Shown: piece by piece, positions 61,757-64,000 of the stretch | How the letters are laid out: the number at the start of each line of letters is the position of its first letter | Position numbering within the stretch: position 1 is the stretch's first letter | From: Gemmatimonadota bacterium | Lineage (GTDB): Bacteria; Gemmatimonadota; Gemmatimonadetes; Longimicrobiales; Gaopeijiaceae | Direction: 5' to 3' | NCBI GenBank assembly: GCA_022563405.1 | Contig: JADFNK010000001.1 | Coordinates: 33,980-97,979 of the forward strand | DNA length: 64,000 nucleotides | Position numbers and translations under genes: made by a program | The notes under the pieces: generated by a model | What the model saw: the letters and a program-made list of their open reading frames with translations, nothing else | Told to the model about the DNA's origin: nothing | Databases searched by the model: none

Positions 61757-62133
61757 ATGTCGACTCTGCGGCTCTTCTGTCGTGAGGTCCTACCGTTGCC
61801 ACCGTTTGAAGTCTGGCTCATGGACTATGAAACGCATCGCCTGACCCACGTGAGCACGGGACTAGGATTGTTGCCTGTGCCCGAACCGATGGAGCCGATC
61901 GCGGTCGAGTTCAGGCGATTGGAACACGAGGCGGAGCCGTGGCGCGGAACGCTCGAAGTCTACGAGGCGGGGATGCCTGGAGGGGGCTCATTCGATTCCA
62001 GCGTGACGGCAAGGAGGGCCAGTTCCGCACTGGCGAGATCTTCCGTGAAGACGACCTCCAAGACCTTAGAGACCGCTTTATTTCCTTTACTGTGCCTACC
62101 CTGAGGGCCTTTCTGCGATCCACCCTCCCGTAA
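61757..62133 (+). pseudogene. Paralog of the 59539..60237 N-domain, split over two frames at a G5 run
   Basis: Frame A (61757..) gives MSTLRLFCREVLPLPPFEVWL...AVEFRRLEHEAEPWRGTLEVYEAGMPGG. Frame B (to 62133) gives LIRFQRDGKEGQFRTGEIFREDDLQDLRDRF...PTLRAFLRS. Both halves align to consecutive parts of the 232-aa protein. The switch is at GGGGG 61982-61986. Confidence 0.5.
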
Positions 62134-62320
62134 CCCCGGTTTTTTGCAAAAAACGCTCTCGGAGAAAGCAGGGTTTTTTGCGGAATTGGTTCCCGTAAGT
62201 TCCCATCGCAGTTGCATTTCACTCCTTCGAACACCTGAACTATGGGCCGCTTCGGGGGTCGAGGAACAATTGATTTCGAGCCAAATCGGTAATTTATAAG
62301 TAGTTGTTGTACAAGGAGTT

Positions 62321-62332
62321 ACGAAATTTCGT
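62321..62332. promoter_or_regulatory. Perfect palindrome ACGAAATTTCGT within an array of TTTCG-containing motifs upstream of the RHH-like gene
   Basis: Related copies: CAATTTCGA (~62344), TTTCGAAATTC (~62425), CATTTCGTG (~62463), GTTTTCGAG (~62472). Confidence 0.4.
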
Positions 62333-62504
62333 TGGGCACACGACAATTTCGATCGCAGGCTTGCGCACGTCGCAAAGGATCTGTACTATGGGTTCGCCTC
62401 GACGTTGTTGCTTTTCCATGACACTTTCGAAATTCACGATGGTAACGTCGATCCTATCGGGTCATTTCGTGAGTTTTCGAGCCACCGAAAACCTGGGGAG
62501 AAGT

Positions 62505-62714
62505 GTGTCCATGTGGGAGACCCGATCTGTTCAAATCACAGTGTTACTTCCCCATGATATTGCAGAACAAGCTGAAGAAGTGCAGAAGACGGATCCTGAG
62601 TTCTTGAGCCGGGTCGTGCTCTACGGTCTCACTCGCCGATCCATTTATCACCAGTTGCGCGACCGCAATCGGGACCAAGGTTCAGTCGATTACTCCCCCC
62701 CCCCTGCCATGTAA
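62505..62714 (+). CDS. Small ribbon-helix-helix-like DNA-binding protein (tentative)
   Basis: GTG 62505 or ATG 62511, preceded by GGGGAG. SVQITVLLPHDIAEQAEEVQK..FLSRVVLYGLTRR fits a strand-helix-helix pattern. The upstream part of ORF 62304.. is AT-rich leader. Confidence 0.5.
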   Translation: MSMWETRSVQITVLLPHDIAEQAEEVQKTDPEFLSRVVLYGLTRRSIYHQLRDRNRDQGSVDYSPPPAM

Positions 62715-62822
62715 GGGCTTGACTCTCTCGGCACCCCACTAAAAACTAAGGGTAAGTAGGGCAGGCACTTGCACGTCGAAGGCCGGCGTGCCGCGTGCGC
62801 GTGGACCGTGCTGAGAGGATGT

Positions 62823-63194
62823 ATGAGCGACGCCGGGCCGGAAGAATCCCCAGAAGGAAACCGTGATAGAGCGGAGCGCGTACTCCGGGCGAAGTACCTG
62901 GACTACTGCTCCTCTCAAATCGCTGGCCATCTAGTCCTGCTATCGCCGGACGAGATCTACGTCCTTGCTCAGGAAGCGCATCGTGCGGGTGGCGGGGAGA
63001 GTGAGCCCTCCTACGAACAGATGGTGCGTTCGGCCACCGAAGGTGTCGCTCAGCGCCTCACACTCCCCACGTTCGAGCAATGGGCTGAGGAATACGAGCG
63101 GGATCCGGCTCGATATGACGAGCAGCTCCTCGGTCTCTGGGAAAGCGAACTGGAGGAAGCGCCCGGCCCTGAGGAGGGTCCAAGCCCCACCTGA
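62823..63194 (+). CDS. Hypothetical acidic protein = stand-alone C-domain of the local family
   Basis: Internal ATG (MSDAGPEE...) of ORF 62769..63194. LRAKYLDYCSSQIAGHLVLLSPDE...LTLPTFEQWAEEY aligns with LRSLYQSYRLDQVCHFITLVDPE...IPMPPFEVWVEDF. Confidence 0.55.
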   Translation: MSDAGPEESPEGNRDRAERVLRAKYLDYCSSQIAGHLVLLSPDEIYVLAQEAHRAGGGESEPSYEQMVRSATEGVAQRLTLPTFEQWAEEYERDPARYDEQLLGLWESELEEAPGPEEGPSPT

Positions 63195-63219
63195 TACCCC
63201 CCCCTTGCCGATAGCCCTC

Positions 63220-63657
63220 CTAGAACGGCAAGTCGTCGTCCGGCTCAGAGATGGGCGATGCGGGGGACGATACCGGGCTGGAATCGCTCTGAAAATCTCC
63301 GCCGCGGCCGCCTCCGTCTCCACCGCCGGTCGACCCGAGCATGACCATCTCGAGGACGATGATATCGGTCCAGTACTTTTTCTGGCCATCGCTCTCCGAC
63401 TCGGAGTATTCTATGCGCCCTTCGATGTAGAGCCGGTCACCCTTCTTGACCCATTGATCGACGATGTCGACGAGGCGGCCGAAGAACGTCAAGCGGTGCC
63501 ACTCGGTCTTCTCCTTCTGCTGCCCCGAGCCGTCCTTCCACTGGCGGCTGGTTGCCAGAGACACTTTCGCTACTCGGGTACCCGAGGAGGTGGCTCGGAT
63601 GTCAGGCTCGCTTCCCACGTTTCCGATGAGCATGACCTTGTTGAGGGACCGGCTCAT
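63220..63657 (-). CDS. ssb: Single-stranded DNA-binding protein
   Basis: Internal ATG (MSRSLNKVMLIGNVGSEPDIR...) of ORF 63220..63729. OB-fold motifs (TEWHRLTFFGR), a Gly-rich linker, and the acidic tail DDDLPF. Confidence 0.95.
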   Translation of the reverse strand: MSRSLNKVMLIGNVGSEPDIRATSSGTRVAKVSLATSRQWKDGSGQQKEKTEWHRLTFFGRLVDIVDQWVKKGDRLYIEGRIEYSESESDGQKKYWTDIIVLEMVMLGSTGGGDGGGRGGDFQSDSSPVSSPASPISEPDDDLPF

Positions 63658-63824
63658 TATCGCGCACTCCTTGGAGAATTGATGCAGGGTCACGTGCCAT
63701 TTGGGCCGTGAGGCGCCACAAGGTACCAAGGGCTCCGAGCGGGCGCTATGCTACGCTACGCTTTTGTTCGATATGCCTCGCCGGGGCGCCCTCCAACGCC
63801 GGATCTGGCGGAGCCTAGCATCGG

Positions 63825-63983
63825 ATGGCGCTGGAGTCCCTCTACGTGGCACAGAATTCGGCGCCGGCGGACGCCCCGAGCCTCGAATCCACGCTGTTTG
63901 GATTACTCGCTTCCACCGCCGACATGAGAGAGGAATTGACGGCCTTTCCGGAGAAGCGAAAGGCGGCGTCCAAAGGCGAATGA
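63825..63983 (+). pseudogene. Possible relic of an enoyl-CoA hydratase/crotonase C-terminus
   Basis: 52-codon ORF that opens right after a TAG. ...LESTLFGLLASTADMREELTAFPEKRKAASKGE resembles the crotonase tail (E..LF..L..T.D..EG..AF.EKR.P.F.G). No upstream body is present. Confidence 0.3.
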
Positions 63984-64000
63984 AACAGGGCGGAGACGGG

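Noticed and set aside
1-64000. Search for tRNA, rRNA, CRISPR arrays, IS elements, integrases and prophage genes
   Set aside because: No cloverleaf-compatible T-arm/anticodon patterns were seen in the spacers. There are no regularly spaced repeats beyond the short arrays listed, and no transposase, integrase or recombinase motifs in any ORF translation.

Overview
GC-rich, densely coding chromosomal segment from a diderm bacterium. It carries msbA-like, LpxL-like, heptosyltransferase and LPS-kinase genes. The MoxR-DUF58-BatA-DUF4159 operon, a PorX-like regulator and many TPR proteins suggest a Gemmatimonadota-like or related lineage, but that is inference only. I call about 70 protein genes. 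Clear housekeeping genes are infA, HU, typA, serA with a class-V aminotransferase, rpsU, ssb, thiolase, cyclophilin, ferritin, a DEAD-box helicase, heme O synthase and a HemQ-like protein. There is an 8-gene translationally coupled MoxR/VWA operon (1-11884, minus strand) and an LPS-core cluster (43.3-54.1 kb). I recognised no rRNA, tRNA, CRISPR array, transposase or integrase. Candidates for undescribed biology: (1) An AT-rich island with a near-consensus sigma-54 promoter and an upstream dyad. It appears to drive a lipoprotein / TPR / sensor-less sigma-54 activator (GAFTDA variant) / TPR-HD-GYP operon (15.2-19.8 kb). (2) A cluster of hypothetical genes at 59.5-63.2 kb. Two unannotatable domains are fused in one protein and split across two others, next to an RHH-like gene preceded by an AT-rich repeat/palindrome array. 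(3) A 34-36 nt intergenic element in 3 near-identical copies plus 2 degenerate ones. (4) A catalytically degenerate DEAD-box/DbpA-like protein. (5) A legumain-like protein with Cys->Ser and an inserted EF-hand inside the MoxR operon. (6) An orphan strong terminator about 230 nt downstream of the nearest stop codon, preceded by three 16-nt direct repeats (sRNA candidate). Two genes look frameshifted, both at homopolymer-type sites, so assembly error is a live alternative. All functional calls rest on motifs read by eye in the supplied translations; no database search was run.
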